Source: a virus (Duplodnaviria > Caudoviricetes). From it: DNA of 64,000 nucleotides. The translations under genes were made by a program, and so were the position numbers. Every line of letters starts with the position of its first letter. Position 1 is the first letter of the stretch. The notes beneath the pieces are model-generated. The model made no database searches. It saw only the letters and a list, made by a program, of their open reading frames with translations, and had not been told where the DNA came from. The stretch spans positions 32,001 to 96,000 of the IMG/VR virus record IMGVR_UViG_3300037313_001869. One strand, written 5' to 3'. Positions 19,527 to 29,426 of this stretch are shown piece by piece.

Positions 19527-19555
19527 TTCGTTTCTCCTCTCGCAGCCTAGACGTT

Positions 19556-19903
19556 TCAGGTCTTCTCTTTTTTCCCGCGACGGTGCCGAGGAACGTACGG
19601 GCCCCCAGGCAAGAGCTTGGCGAGCACCTCCGGGGCAAGCTCAACGCTGCCCGGGCGCCGTTCGAGGTTGAGCTTTCCCTCGGCCGCCGTGCAGCGCAGG
19701 CAGTCGACCGGATCGGCCAGCCCTTCGGCCGAAACGAGCGACTTGACGCCGCAGAGGGTCCGGGTCTCGCCCAGCACGAGCGAGCGGTTGCGGGTCGGGA
19801 CGACGGCCAGGTGGATGACCTCACCCCCGACCGTCGAGACCTTGGCGAGGTAGCCCTTGGCTTCGGTGTTTTCGCGATCGAGGGGTTTAGGAGAGGGGGT
19901 CAT
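19556..19903 (-). CDS. hypothetical protein (H..C..CxxC)
   Basis: CGGTGTC motif 12 nt upstream. Confidence 0.7.
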   Translation of the reverse strand: MTPSPKPLDRENTEAKGYLAKVSTVGGEVIHLAVVPTRNRSLVLGETRTLCGVKSLVSAEGLADPVDCLRCTAAEGKLNLERRPGSVELAPEVLAKLLPGGPYVPRHRRGKKEKT

Positions 19904-19926
19904 GGCCCCCTCTCAGACACCGCGCC

Positions 19927-20775
19927 TCACCAGTGCAGGTGGATGTTGCCGTTCGAGAAGGTGTCGCCGATCCCGAGGAGCTTGACGACATCGGCAAGAT
20001 TCTGCGCCTTGAAGACTTCGAGCGTGCCGTAGTAGTTCGGCGAGTTGCGGATCTTCTTGGAGAGCTTGTAGGCCGCCTCACGCTGGGCCGGCGTGAGCTT
20101 GCCGCCCTCGACCTGCGCGGCCAGCTTCTTCAGGTCCTCGGCGAAGCCCTCGGCCATGGCCTTGTACTTGGCTTCCCTGGCGTCCTTCTTGGCCTGCTTG
20201 GCGTCCCGCTTGGCCTTCGCCTCGGCCGCCTTCGCGTCCCTCTTCGCCTGAGCCTCGGCCTTGGTCTGGGCGATGACCTCTTCGGTCACCTCGCGCAGAG
20301 GGCGAAGCTCCCACTTGGCCACGAGACCGTCGAGGCGCTCGACCTCGCGCCGCTGGCTCTTGGCGCTCCACTCGACCTGACGAATGGCCGATTCGAGTTC
20401 CCTGGCGTACTCCCAGTTCTCGTTGCCGGCCGCGTCGAACCGAGGCAGCTCGACATCGATCATCTCGGGGTCGCGAGCCCACACCTTCTCGCCCGGGGCC
20501 CGGCGCTTGACCGTGAGCGTCGCAGGACGGGCCTGGAGCTTGGCGAGCACCTCTTCCGTGTGCTTGAGAACCTGGACCATCATGGCCCGGTACTCATTCG
20601 TCGCCGTGAGCGACCGCTCGTAGGGTTCGTAGCCCACGGCGTAGCAGTCGCCCTCGATGGAGCCGTGGCCCGGGCGACGGTAGCCGTGGTGGACGAGCCG
20701 GCCGTCCTGGATCTTGTGATCCTGCTCGCACACGCCGCACATCCCGAGGGTCCCGATCCGAAGTTTGGTTGCCAT
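19927..20775 (-). CDS. hypothetical phage protein with N-terminal CxxC/HHGY and coiled coil
   Basis: CGVC...LVHHGY...GDC. Confidence 0.8.
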   Translation of the reverse strand: MATKLRIGTLGMCGVCEQDHKIQDGRLVHHGYRRPGHGSIEGDCYAVGYEPYERSLTATNEYRAMMVQVLKHTEEVLAKLQARPATLTVKRRAPGEKVWARDPEMIDVELPRFDAAGNENWEYARELESAIRQVEWSAKSQRREVERLDGLVAKWELRPLREVTEEVIAQTKAEAQAKRDAKAAEAKAKRDAKQAKKDAREAKYKAMAEGFAEDLKKLAAQVEGGKLTPAQREAAYKLSKKIRNSPNYYGTLEVFKAQNLADVVKLLGIGDTFSNGNIHLHW

Positions 20776-20817
20776 GGGCGCTAGACGATCGAGAGCGGGC
20801 GGATTTTCCGAAAAAGC

Positions 20818-21063
20818 TCAGAGGGCTTCGGGGCGGTCGAACCGGGCCGGCACGGGCTCGAACTGGTAGACCTCGTGAAAGCCGAACCTCAACCACTTCT
20901 CCCGGCCGGGCTCCCGCACATGGAACGTCTCGGCCTCGGGGTCGACCCGGGCGACGAAGAGCCGCCGATCCGGCGAGTCCCTCCAACGCAGCTCGTTGTC
21001 GAGGACAAGCCAGGTCGGCGGCTTCCAGTCAGGGAAGGCTTCGCGTAGGGGCCTACGCGACAT
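20818..21063 (-). CDS. small protein with RFDR tag
   Basis: Ends PVPARFDRPEAL. Confidence 0.75.
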   Translation of the reverse strand: MSRRPLREAFPDWKPPTWLVLDNELRWRDSPDRRLFVARVDPEAETFHVREPGREKWLRFGFHEVYQFEPVPARFDRPEAL

Positions 21064-21065
21064 CG

Positions 21066-21284
21066 CTAGTTCATCCGGCGCCGGGCGGCGGCGGCGGTCT
21101 CTTTGATATGTGCCTCGAACTGATCGAGCAGCTCGGTCGAGGGCTTCTGGCCATCGAGCCGGAGCACGATTCCGTTCGGGACCAAGAAGACCTCGACCCG
21201 GTAGGGGGCGACGCCCCAGACCTTGGCGGCTTGCTTGCGACAGGCTTCTTGCTTCGCGATCAGGATTTCCTGGGTGTTCGACAT
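21066..21284 (-). CDS. hypothetical protein
   Basis: GGAGGT RBS before ATG 21284. Confidence 0.7.
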   Translation of the reverse strand: MSNTQEILIAKQEACRKQAAKVWGVAPYRVEVFLVPNGIVLRLDGQKPSTELLDQFEAHIKETAAAARRRMN

Positions 21285-21333
21285 GGTTACCTCCAAGGAC
21301 GGTTGAGAGGCCGTCGATTTTCCGGCAAGATAA

Positions 21334-21867
21334 TCACTCCTGCTCGATGTACGTACCCCAGCGGGTGATGCGGGAGAAGACCACGTTGTGGAGGTACCGG
21401 GCGGCGACCTCGGGCTTTTTCTCGGCAAAAGCCCGCCGGATGGCGCTGCTCGACACGTCGCCGATACGGTTGACGAAGTGTGGGGTGGCGACCTCGCACA
21501 GCTCCTTCCACCCCTCCCACCGTGGGGCGGAGTCCCGGAGGTCGGAGCCGAGAAGGAAGAGAAACTCCGCTCCTGCGTAGCTCGGCTGAGCCCTCAGGTG
21601 CCGGACCACCCGGTGCGAAAGATGGGCCCCCGGTACCTCTGATTCGACACTCGAAACGGTTGTGAGCGGGAGGCTGTCGAAGGCCAACTTACACATGACC
21701 ATCCGATCGAAGAACGGCGAGAGCGTCTTCTTTTCGGCGTGCTCGAAGCAGGGCACGACAAGAACTTCGGTTACTGAAGGCTCGTTCAGTAGAAGCTGGG
21801 TGACCACGGCCGTGTGACCGAGGTGGGGGGGATCGAAGCTGCCTCCGTAGATCGCGATCTTGCGCAT
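21334..21867 (-). CDS. nadD: nicotinate/nicotinamide-nucleotide adenylyltransferase
   Basis: IYGGSFDPPHLGH, LLGSD, VSSSAIR. Confidence 0.9.
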   Translation of the reverse strand: MRKIAIYGGSFDPPHLGHTAVVTQLLLNEPSVTEVLVVPCFEHAEKKTLSPFFDRMVMCKLAFDSLPLTTVSSVESEVPGAHLSHRVVRHLRAQPSYAGAEFLFLLGSDLRDSAPRWEGWKELCEVATPHFVNRIGDVSSSAIRRAFAEKKPEVAARYLHNVVFSRITRWGTYIEQE

Positions 21868-21977
21868 GGCCTTGGAGTACACCTCTCGTGAAGAGCTTGC
21901 AGAAAGGTTCGTGAGTAGGTATGGTCCGAACCGACGCTCGACTGGCCCAGACTGGCCGTCTCCGTCCTGAAAAAACC

Positions 21978-22397
21978 ATGCGGATTTACTACCCCGTCGA
22001 GGGGCCGGGGTGCCGCGTTGTCGTGAGCCAAGGCTTCATCGAGGGCTTTTGCGACGACCACCCCGGCTCCAGGCTCCAAGGTCTCGAAGGTATGCAGGTC
22101 TTCTTTGACGGCGATCTGCACATCACGAAGCTCCAGTTCCGTAACGGCACCCTTCGCCAGTGGGAGGGCCCGGACCTGGTCAGCCTCGTCAAGATGGCCC
22201 GGGAGATGGCGAGCGAACAGCCGAAGAAGGCGTCGGGCGAGCGGCCCGCGATCCGGCTCGAACCGGAGGCGCCTGCGGCCCCTCCCGAGGCTTCGTTGCC
22301 CCCGCTGCCCCCTCCGGTTGCGACGGCCCCCAAGACCGAGAGTGTCGGCCGCTACGTGGTCATCCGGAGGCGGGCAGGGTCATCGACTCGCGCGTGA
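21978..22397 (+). CDS. hypothetical protein with Pro-rich tail
   Basis: ORF fills the gap between reverse genes. Confidence 0.6.
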   Translation: MRIYYPVEGPGCRVVVSQGFIEGFCDDHPGSRLQGLEGMQVFFDGDLHITKLQFRNGTLRQWEGPDLVSLVKMAREMASEQPKKASGERPAIRLEPEAPAAPPEASLPPLPPPVATAPKTESVGRYVVIRRRAGSSTRA

Positions 22398-22890
22398 CCT
22401 CGGTAGCTTCGGGGGTCAGGAGCTTTTGCAATGCCAGGAGCACGTCCTTGTCCCTTGCGCCCCGTACGTGCCAGAGCCGTGAAGAGAGGCTCTTGCCGCG
22501 CCAGGTTGCGGTCTTGACGGGGTCGGACCACGTAAGGCGCGCTTCGTAGCTGTGACCGAAGCGAAGGACTTCGAGGCGGGCTCCCTGGGCGAGGTACCGT
22601 TCGAGGTCTCCGCCCTCCCCGCCAATCCGGCTTGGCTCCCCATCGGAGAGGGCCGAGAGCCCGTTTGCGATCGTGCTCGCGGTGGCCGTCCGCATGGGCA
22701 GCTTCTCGGCGCTTGTGAGCGTCAGGAGAAGCTGCCCCTCGTGCTGGACGACCTCGACCCTACCCGCCTGGTCAAGAGCCTCGTAGAGCCCTTCTAGCTC
22801 GCGCCGGTAGAGGCGCTCGAACCGGTCTGGGCTCGTGGACGGCCCTGGCAAGTCGATGTCGAGATCGTGGTCGTAGCGGTTCTCGGGCAC
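22360..22890 (-). CDS. hypothetical protein with N-terminal RYD/RFER motifs
   Basis: CGGTGTC 10 nt upstream of GTG; begins MPENRYDHDL...SPDRFERL. Confidence 0.7.
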   Translation of the reverse strand: MPENRYDHDLDIDLPGPSTSPDRFERLYRRELEGLYEALDQAGRVEVVQHEGQLLLTLTSAEKLPMRTATASTIANGLSALSDGEPSRIGGEGGDLERYLAQGARLEVLRFGHSYEARLTWSDPVKTATWRGKSLSSRLWHVRGARDKDVLLALQKLLTPEATEVTRESMTLPASG

Positions 22891-22897
22891 GCCGATC

Positions 22898-23362
22898 TAA
22901 GACACCGCCTTCGTCGTCGTCCTCTTCACCCTCGGCGCTGGCTTCGCCCTCTTCGCCCTCACTTCCGCTGTTCTCGCCGGCCATGTTGAGATCGTCGAGG
23001 TCTTGCAGAAGTTCGAGAACGTGTCCGACGCCCTGCTCGTCTCGCCACATGCCCACCCACCCGACGAGGGGCACGTCGCCGCAGTCGCACTCACACATGA
23101 CGTTCTCGTCGAGGGCGAACTCGGTCTCGGCCCGGACGAAGAGAAAGGTACGGACGAGGTTGCCGTGCTTGCCGTCCTGGCAAGGCAGCATGGCCCAGAG
23201 AACGATTTTGCCCGGCTTCGACTTGTCGTCGATGTTGAAGATTTGAGCCCCGAAGGGCAGCTCCATGATCACGCGCTGGGTATCGAGGCCGACTTCGATC
23301 CCCTTGATGATGTAGCGGGGAGGGGCGAACGGGAGGTGCTCGATCGAGTGGTTGTCGCTCAC
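22898..23362 (-). CDS. hypothetical phage protein with acidic tail (ends at TTA)
   Basis: Acidic tail, then in-frame TTA at 22900-22898, 7 nt before next start. Confidence 0.7.
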
Positions 23363-23476
23363 GGATGGGCGCTCCTTGGTCTACCGAGAGCCCGGGCAAA
23401 GGAGCATTCTCGATGGGCGAGGGTCGGGCTTGCTGGCAGGCGGACCCGCGAAGATCCGGTGTAGTACGCGATCACC

Positions 23477-24415
23477 ATGCCCCGTCCGACCAACATGCCC
23501 TGCTGGGCTGTCGAAGGCGCTACCATCGAGCCGGCCTCGAACCAGGCTCAACTTCGGAACGACCACGGCCGGATCGTCTCGGCCAAACTCTATGCCGCCG
23601 AGCATCCTGGGATGGCCCTCGTGATCGACGCGGTTACCGACGAAAACCTCATCGTCCGCGTGGGCTCAAAGACCTTCACGGTGGCTTACGACACCGCCTT
23701 CTCGACGAGCTGGCGGCTCGTGGGGACCGTGCCCGAGCGGGTCCAGCCCCCGAGCTGGCTTCGCACCGGGATGGCCATTCGCTACCAGGGGGCGGCCGAG
23801 GGGCCCGCTGTCTTGCACAACGTGGGCGAGATTCGCTTGCGGGGCACGTTCCGTAACCGCTTCGGGGTCGAGCGGATCACCCGGCAGTACGTCGAGGTGA
23901 TCAACGCCGACATCGCTGGCAGTCTGCGGGCCCCTCTGACGGCCGATTTCGCGGTCAACTGGGGCCCCTGCGTCGGAGACGGTACCGCCCCGGCCCCTGC
24001 CTGGCTCCAGGAGGGCTCGTACGTGCGGCCGAAGGACAACGACGGCCAGCCGCTCAACACCTACTCGTTCCTGGTCACCGAGGTGGCGACCACGTTCTTC
24101 CGGGCGCAGCCGGTCTACAACCACGGCGTACTCGGTCCGGCCATTCAGTTCCCCATGGGGACGGCCGAGGATGCTTGGGTGCTCGCTCCCGACGACCCGA
24201 AGACGCGCCGCGACTACAAGCCTGGCATGGTCCTGCGTAGCCGGCGGACCGGGGAACTCGTCGAGATCAAGACCATCGACCCCGGCACGGGCGCCTTTAC
24301 CGTGGGCAGTCTCCGCCAGCAAATCCGTACACTTACTCCTGGGGAAGGGGAGTTCGTCCTTCAGGAGGACCAACCGGTGGAGAACGTGCCCGACCGCTTC
24401 GGGAGGATCGAGTAG
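23477..24415 (+). CDS. multi-module KOW/SH3-like protein with RFGR tag
   Basis: Repeated P-x-W-L-x-x-G modules; ends PDRFGRIE. Confidence 0.8.
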   Translation: MPRPTNMPCWAVEGATIEPASNQAQLRNDHGRIVSAKLYAAEHPGMALVIDAVTDENLIVRVGSKTFTVAYDTAFSTSWRLVGTVPERVQPPSWLRTGMAIRYQGAAEGPAVLHNVGEIRLRGTFRNRFGVERITRQYVEVINADIAGSLRAPLTADFAVNWGPCVGDGTAPAPAWLQEGSYVRPKDNDGQPLNTYSFLVTEVATTFFRAQPVYNHGVLGPAIQFPMGTAEDAWVLAPDDPKTRRDYKPGMVLRSRRTGELVEIKTIDPGTGAFTVGSLRQQIRTLTPGEGEFVLQEDQPVENVPDRFGRIE

Positions 24416-25572
24416 TGCCCCCGCTTGGGTCCTGGGTTTATGAAGGGGTGTATGCCATCTCCCCCGAGGGCGCCGTTCGGTGCATCGTCAACGTCCGAGA
24501 CGACCGGTTCACCTCGGCGCCTCCGCTGACGTTCAGCTACGACCGTCGAACGCACCCGATGCTGGAGGCGGCCCGCTGGACGCCGCTCACCGCTTTCGAG
24601 GCCGAGGTCATTCGGGGCCTGTCATTTGGGCGGCATGTTCACTACAGCAACATGCCCCAAGGGGTGGGAGCCACCTTCGATCCGGTCGCTCGGATCGAGG
24701 GGGAGCTTCCGCCCTGGTACGTCGTCGGTGGCCGGTGCAGGGTGCGCGGCGACAGCCTGATGACCTACACCCTCTTCGATGCCGGTCGATCCCAGATGGC
24801 CTTTCGAGAGAACGCTGGGCCCGGGCGACTCTTTCAGTGCTCGGCGCCGGGGGCCATCCGGCTGTTCGAGGCGGTACCTGGCCCCTGGGAACGTCCCGCT
24901 ACCGAGCCCCTCTACGCGATCTCTTGGCAGAGGACTCCGCCCCCGCCCGACCCTCCGCCTGCAAACGAGCTTCTCCGGGTTGCCGACGAGGTCACCCATG
25001 TGACGAGGAAGATCCGCGTGGCGTTTGGGGTCGGGGACGACGAGAAAGAGGGGGTCACGTTGGAAGCCGAAACCGTAGCCCCGCATCCGAACTCGCCCTT
25101 TTTCAAGGGGGCGATTGTGCTAAACGACAAGGGCTACGCCTACAAGGTCGAAAACGTCGAGGTCGAGAATGGCACGCCTTCGGCCATTCTCATGTGGGAC
25201 CTCGACCGGTCTTCACTGCCCCATGCCCGGCCCTACTCGCGTCGCTACCCAATCCCTGTCCCGCTCACCTGGGCTGCGGACATGCCCGTTCCCGCGGGGC
25301 TGACCGAGGAAGACTGCTCGCTCTTCGACGAGTTGAAGACGGGGCAGGTTCTCGTGGACCTCGACTCGCGGCGTATTCTCGTGGTCGTCGGATTCCTGGT
25401 GACGGGTGACGAGAACCGGAAGACGCATTTTCTGATCGAGGAGGCAACGAAGGGCCCCGGAGAATCCAATCCCTTTCAGGTGGCCTCTGAGCCGGTTCGT
25501 TCCCGGTGGGTCGCACTTGGGCCCCATCGCAAGCCCCCGTCTCGGTTCGACCGCCTTGGGGAAGACCTCTGA
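24415..25572 (+). CDS. multi-module KOW/SH3-like protein with RFDR tag
   Basis: LPPWYVVGG, FFKGAIV, LKTGQVL modules; ends PSRFDRLGEDL. Confidence 0.8.
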   Translation: MPPLGSWVYEGVYAISPEGAVRCIVNVRDDRFTSAPPLTFSYDRRTHPMLEAARWTPLTAFEAEVIRGLSFGRHVHYSNMPQGVGATFDPVARIEGELPPWYVVGGRCRVRGDSLMTYTLFDAGRSQMAFRENAGPGRLFQCSAPGAIRLFEAVPGPWERPATEPLYAISWQRTPPPPDPPPANELLRVADEVTHVTRKIRVAFGVGDDEKEGVTLEAETVAPHPNSPFFKGAIVLNDKGYAYKVENVEVENGTPSAILMWDLDRSSLPHARPYSRRYPIPVPLTWAADMPVPAGLTEEDCSLFDELKTGQVLVDLDSRRILVVVGFLVTGDENRKTHFLIEEATKGPGESNPFQVASEPVRSRWVALGPHRKPPSRFDRLGEDL

Positions 25573-25955
25573 TGGAGACCCCGCTCCGTATCGGTTCGCT
25601 TCTCAAGCACAAGCAGTCCGGCGATGCCTACCTTGTGAAGGCCATCTCTGGCGTGGGTAGCTACCAGGTCGAGCGGCAAGACCCGATGCGGACGCGCTAC
25701 TGGTACCAAGTATCCCAGATCCCCGAATACTTCGAGATCATCCCCGACCCGCCTCCGTGGCTCAAGACCGGGGCGAAGATCATCGACCAGAGCAACAACC
25801 TCTTCGTGGTGAACGCGGTTCTCGGGCGACGGGTCGTTCTGCGAAGGTCTGCCGGGCGAGACGGACTTGGGGAGCTTGTCGAGACTACGCTCGACGATGT
25901 GGTGAAGGACTGCCGGCCCGTCGACTTCCGCCCTACCCGTTTCGATCGCATCTAG
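25572..25955 (+). CDS. two-module KOW/SH3-like protein with RFDR tag
   Basis: LRIGSLL, PPWLKTGAKI; ends PTRFDRI. Confidence 0.8.
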   Translation: METPLRIGSLLKHKQSGDAYLVKAISGVGSYQVERQDPMRTRYWYQVSQIPEYFEIIPDPPPWLKTGAKIIDQSNNLFVVNAVLGRRVVLRRSAGRDGLGELVETTLDDVVKDCRPVDFRPTRFDRI

Positions 25956-25981
25956 CCGCTTTTGGTGTAGAGAGCTGGGCT

Positions 25982-27166
25982 ATGACACAACCGGCTACCA
26001 AGCAAAAAGCTCTCACCCCTGCTCCTCCCTGGTGGAATCACTCGCTTCTGCCGAGGCAGAACGTGATGAAGACCGGTCCCCTCGCCATGCTCCTTGGCTT
26101 CGCCGTCGCCCGCGGCGAGACGGTCTACACGGGCTCGTGCCGCGGGGTGCTCGAAGACAGTGATGAGGAGGGGCAGAAGGCGTTTCAGGACGACCTCTGC
26201 AAGATCGCAAAGGACTCCTCGGTCGTGCTCGTGGGCGGCCCGCTCTTCGGCCGTGGGGCCTACGAGACGTGGATCACCTGGGAGCGGGGCGCCATCACCC
26301 TCGAACTCGGGATGGACGGCAAGGTCAACCTGAACCTCGCGACGCTCGACGAGGACATCTACATGAAGCTCGCCGAGACCATCGGAGAGCACATGCTCCC
26401 CGAGGCGACGCGGCAGCCGGTCTACACGCTCGCGCAGGTCAACGGCGAGATGACCGTGGCCGAGCTGGGGCTCGCGGGGGCTCCGCTCGAAGCGGGTAAC
26501 TACGCCCCCGAAATCGTCGAAGACTTCAATTTCATCGTGCAGGACCTCGGCGAGAGCGTGCCGACCGGGCGCCTCGTGATCCTCGACGGCCCGCCGGGGA
26601 CGGGCAAGACCTACCTCATCCGGGGCCTCATCAACGAGGTGCTCGACGCGGTCTTCGTCGTCGTCCCGCCGCACTTCCTCCACCAGCTCACCGACCCCTC
26701 GTTCGTGCCGATGCTCCTCAAAGCCCGGGCGAACGCCGGCTCGGACAAGCCCATCGTGCTCATCCTCGAAGACGCCGATGACGCCATCCGGCTTCGCAAG
26801 GACCGCGGCAAGAACAACCAGATCGCGGCGCTCCTGAACCTCTCCGACGGCCTCATCGGCCAGGCGCTCGATCTCCGCATCGTGGCCTCGACCAACCGCA
26901 GCGTCGCCGAGATCGACCCTGCCCTTCGCCGCCCGGGGCGGCTTCTGCGGCACATGATCGTGGGCCCTCTCTCGCCCGAGCAGGCGAGCGAGGTCTACGA
27001 GCGGATCTCCGAGGGCGAAGAGGTCGAGTTCGAGGGCCCGACCACCCTCGCTCAGGTCTACGCCCACTTCAAGGGCCTCCAGCTTCTCGACGACCAGGAG
27101 GACGAAGACGAGGAGGACCTCGACGAAGATGAGGACGACGAAGATGAGGACGACGAGGACGACTTA
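25982..27166 (+). CDS. AAA+ ATPase with acidic tail (ends at TTA)
   Basis: GPPGTGKT, ILEDAD, LLNLSDG, STN, IDPALRRPGR; poly-D/E tail then TTA at 27164. Confidence 0.85.
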
Positions 27167-27169
27167 GCC

Positions 27170-27562
27170 ATGGCGTCGTACACGGTCGCGCAGGTCTACA
27201 CGCACGAGGTAGCCGCCTGGGTCACCCTCCTTACGGCCCAGGCCGTCCCGGGGCTGCTCGAAGGGCTTCTCAAGAAGGACTACGAAGTTGCCTCCCTCTC
27301 CGAGACCCTGACCCTTCGGAGTGAGGTGAGCGCGGTCGTGGGCTTGTGGATCAAGCGTAAGGAGTCGACTGCCACGCTCGACCCCTACAAGGTCCGGGAC
27401 GATATCCAGCAAGTCTTGAATGAGGCCCGCTCGACCTTCTTCTCGATCGTCGTGGCGCACATTGGAGGGGCCGGCTGGACCGGGTCGAACCTCATCCTGC
27501 TCAAAGAGGCCCCACCCCCTCCTCCGGACGAAGACGAAGAGCCCCCGCCCCAGCTTCACTGA
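27170..27562 (+). CDS. hypothetical protein
   Basis: ATG 3 nt after TTA, preceded by GAGGA. Confidence 0.7.
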   Translation: MASYTVAQVYTHEVAAWVTLLTAQAVPGLLEGLLKKDYEVASLSETLTLRSEVSAVVGLWIKRKESTATLDPYKVRDDIQQVLNEARSTFFSIVVAHIGGAGWTGSNLILLKEAPPPPPDEDEEPPPQLH

Positions 27563-27840
27563 TGCGCCCCCTTAGTCCCTTTGCGATCGGACGGCGCTGG
27601 TACTCCGAACGGCCGCCCGAGGAGCGGAAACCCAACTTCGAGTTTGTGATCGTCGGTCCGGGATCGAAGCTTTACACGAAGCTCTGCCGGATCGAGATCA
27701 GCGACGAGGAGATGGCCCGCTTCCCCGAGTATTACACAGGGCAAAACGGCAACGGCACGGTCCAGGAGTATTCCCACAAGCACCTGCGGAAGTACGCAAG
27801 GCTCGTCCGGGACCGGTTCGAGAGGGTCGACGACGAATAG
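27562..27840 (+). CDS. hypothetical protein with RFER tag
   Basis: TGATG overlap; ends RDRFERVDDE. Confidence 0.75.
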   Translation: MRPLSPFAIGRRWYSERPPEERKPNFEFVIVGPGSKLYTKLCRIEISDEEMARFPEYYTGQNGNGTVQEYSHKHLRKYARLVRDRFERVDDE

Positions 27841-27876
27841 AAAAGGCCCCGAGCGTTCTAGCGCCCGGGGCCTTTT
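27841..27876. terminator. bidirectional intrinsic terminator
   Basis: AAAAGGCCCCG...CGGGGCCTTTT between convergent genes. Confidence 0.8.
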
Positions 27877-27896
27877 CGCGTCTCTCGGAGAGAGGC

Positions 27897-28970
27897 TCAG
27901 TCGTTGACCAGGAAGGTCACCTTCTTGACGGCCATCCACTTGGTGCCCGGCCGGCCCGTCTCGGGGTTGCCCTTGCACACGAGCGAGGTCATGTCCCCCT
28001 CGACTTCCCGGCCCATGTTCTGATCGAGCTGCCGGCGCATGTTGAAGTCGTTCTTCACGGCGAAGGTGAGCTGCACCACGGTACCCGCCTTGGTGCGGAC
28101 CGGCAGGTCCATCTCCCCGGCCACGGTCTTGCCCATGCCGCCCCGCGCACGTTCGACGGCCGCCTTGATCTTGCCCACGATCTGGGTCATCGACAGGTCC
28201 ACGCCCTTGTCCATCGACGACTCGAACGAGACGAGCGCGTTGAGGATCTCCTTCGGCCCCACCTTCTTGGCCGGGGCGCCGCTCTTCACCGTGGCCGACC
28301 GGATCGCGTCCTGGAGGCTGATGCAGCCGTTCATCAGGTTGGTCACGAACGGGCGCAGGGGCCAGGAGTCGGGGTGCTTGCCCATGATGAGCTTGTGCGT
28401 CTTCACCGCCACGGCGAGCGCGTCCCTGTCATCCGACGACTGGGCGAGCTGCCTCAGGGTGATGAGGGTCTGGTCGAGACCGCGCTGCATCGACTTCACG
28501 AGGTCCGCCGGGAAGTCCTTGCGGAACTCTTCGAGGTCGTCGATGGCTTCGTCGAGGTCGCTGCTGTCGACGAGGAAGATCCGGCCCGGGGTCGTCCGGG
28601 TCTCCTGGAACACCTTGTCTCGCAGACCCATGAGGTACTGAAGCTCGACCGAGACCGTCTCGATGTCGTCGAACGTGAACATCTCCGACGACTCGATCCG
28701 AGACCCCAGCTCCGCCGCTTGCGATTGCAGAAGAAGAGCCTTCGGAGGCACTTCGTTGCCCCTGTCCTGGTGGTCTTCGACCTCGTCGGTGAGGGTGCTC
28801 AGGAAGCGCTTGTAGCTCTTTTCGAGGTTGTCCAGATGGGTGAAGAGCTTCGCGACGCTCTCGCACTGCTTCTGGATGTTCATGAGCGAGAGCATCACCT
28901 GTCGGGCTTCGCCCCCTTCTTGGAAGGACCGAACCGAGCGAGAAGACGTGCGATCGTAGCTGTAGGCCAT
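27897..28970 (-). CDS. hypothetical helical protein
   Basis: 357-aa ORF, AGGA RBS. Confidence 0.8.
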   Translation of the reverse strand: MAYSYDRTSSRSVRSFQEGGEARQVMLSLMNIQKQCESVAKLFTHLDNLEKSYKRFLSTLTDEVEDHQDRGNEVPPKALLLQSQAAELGSRIESSEMFTFDDIETVSVELQYLMGLRDKVFQETRTTPGRIFLVDSSDLDEAIDDLEEFRKDFPADLVKSMQRGLDQTLITLRQLAQSSDDRDALAVAVKTHKLIMGKHPDSWPLRPFVTNLMNGCISLQDAIRSATVKSGAPAKKVGPKEILNALVSFESSMDKGVDLSMTQIVGKIKAAVERARGGMGKTVAGEMDLPVRTKAGTVVQLTFAVKNDFNMRRQLDQNMGREVEGDMTSLVCKGNPETGRPGTKWMAVKKVTFLVND

Positions 28971-29029
28971 CGGGTTCCTGAGCGCAGGGGGGAAGGTCTA
29001 GGTACCCAGGCCCGGTGTATAAGAAGCCT

Positions 29030-29413
29030 ATGGCAAACGCCCAAACCTCCCATCAAGAGTGCATCGCCCTCCTCAACCTTCTTCGGGACGCAATCCACGA
29101 CAACGCCCGAGCCAAGGGCTTTCAGGACCCGCCCCAGGACCTTCAGACGATGGGCATGAACACCATCGGCGAGATCCTGGAGCAGTGGGAGTCGTACCGG
29201 GCCGGCACGCTCGACCAACCGTGCGACAAGACCGAGAAGATGATGGCCCTCTTCGGCGAGACCCTGACCAACCAGGAAGAAGAGGCGGCCGATCAGCTCA
29301 TCCGAGTGCTCGACATGTGCGGCCGGTTCGGCATCGACATCAGCCGAGCCGTTCGGGTGAAGATGGCCTACAACAGCACCCGACCTCAGCGCCACGGGGG
29401 CAAGCGAGCCTGA
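29030..29413 (+). CDS. MazG-like NTP pyrophosphohydrolase
   Basis: EEEAADQLIRVLD...KMAYNSTRPQRHGGK. Confidence 0.8.
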   Translation: MANAQTSHQECIALLNLLRDAIHDNARAKGFQDPPQDLQTMGMNTIGEILEQWESYRAGTLDQPCDKTEKMMALFGETLTNQEEEAADQLIRVLDMCGRFGIDISRAVRVKMAYNSTRPQRHGGKRA

Positions 29414-29426
29414 CTCCGGTGTAGAA

